Of a stretch of 5,471 nucleotides of DNA, positions 5,119 through 5,471 are shown piece by piece. The position numbers were made by a program, and so were the translations under genes. Numbering within the stretch: position 1 is the first letter of the stretch; every line of letters begins with the position of its first letter. The DNA comes from a virus (Duplodnaviria; Heunggongvirae; Uroviricota; Caudoviricetes), in IMG/VR virus record IMGVR_UViG_2675903289_000010, one strand, 5' to 3'. The notes below the pieces were generated by a model. That model searched no databases. It saw only the letters and a program-made list of their open reading frames with translations, and had not been told where the DNA came from.

Positions 5119-5471
5119 TACCGGTATGCTCCACTTAACCGGCCACCATCACGGGCCTGCTGTTGCATAAAGTCCGCGGCCGCTTTTTTCCCGAGGTCAT
5201 AAACCACCTTCAGGGCAGCCGGACCTATCTGCCCGTTCGTGCCATCGTTATTGATCTCAATGTTGTACTGCGGGGCAAACATCACCATGCCTGAACCACC
5301 AGTATCCGCCACACCCCCCAGCTTACCATCAGCACCGCGACGCAGTGGCAGAATGGCTTCAGGTCCCGCTTCCCCCATCACACCCGCGCCTTTTGCAAAA
5401 GCAAAAAACGTCGGACGGTTAACCACCGTGCCACTGTAGCGACTCAAATCAGCAGACTGAGGTAGCCTGAG
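5118..5471 (-). CDS. H: Tail tape measure protein H, C-terminal ~117 codons; 5' end lies beyond window end
   Basis: Minus-strand frame is open from 5471 down to stop TAA at complement 5118-5120. Translation ...MVMFAPQYNIEINNDGTNGQIGPAALKVVYDLGKKAAADFMQQQARDGGRLSGAYR resembles the lambda gpH C-terminus (INNDGTNGQIGPAALK). The track's M at 5447 is a TTG, not the real start. Confidence 0.85.
   Translation of the reverse strand, partial: LRLPQSADLSRYSGTVVNRPTFFAFAKGAGVMGEAGPEAILPLRRGADGKLGGVADTGGSGMVMFAPQYNIEINNDGTNGQIGPAALKVVYDLGKKAAADFMQQQARDGGRLSGAYR

Noticed and set aside
5174-5190. GC palindrome GCGGCCGC followed by a T6 run on the plus strand, resembling a terminator
   Set aside because: It lies inside the H coding region on the opposite strand, the palindrome has no loop and so cannot form a stable hairpin, and no plus-strand gene lies upstream to terminate.
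1-5471. A novel defence or accessory system hidden in this window
   Set aside because: Every stretch of the window is accounted for by lambda-type tail genes H, M, L, K, I, J or their reiterated fragments. There is no unexplained ORF, no CRISPR-like or other non-genic repeat array, and no tRNA or moron-like insert between genes.

Overview
This window is the tail-tip assembly module of a lambda-like (lambdoid) siphovirus prophage, encoded entirely on the minus strand. Reading the minus strand from high to low coordinates the gene order is H (tape measure, C-terminal end), M, L, K, I, J (N-terminal part), the canonical phage lambda order; the proteins are recognisable from the translations (for example the J start MGKGSSKGHTPREAKDNLKSTQLLSVIDAISEGP and the I start MAATHTLPLASPGMARICLYGDLQRFGRRIDLRV). 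The window is not one clean colinear locus: four N runs (891-952, 1768, 3308-3315, 4260-4270) each coincide with a point where the sequence jumps back to an earlier position in the gene order, leaving three L copies (two full-length, one N-terminal fragment), two M 3' fragments, a K N-terminal fragment, a K C-terminal fragment and an I N-terminal fragment. The copies differ by about 5-7% at the nucleotide level, largely at synonymous sites, so they are distinct alleles rather than fresh duplications. I think the most likely explanation is a chimeric assembly of several paralogous lambdoid prophages, with genuine tandem partial duplication the alternative. I see no evidence for a novel, undescribed system; the interesting content is the mosaic structure and the known but under-appreciated domain architecture of K, I and L. 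All plus-strand ORFs in the track are antisense shadows of these genes.
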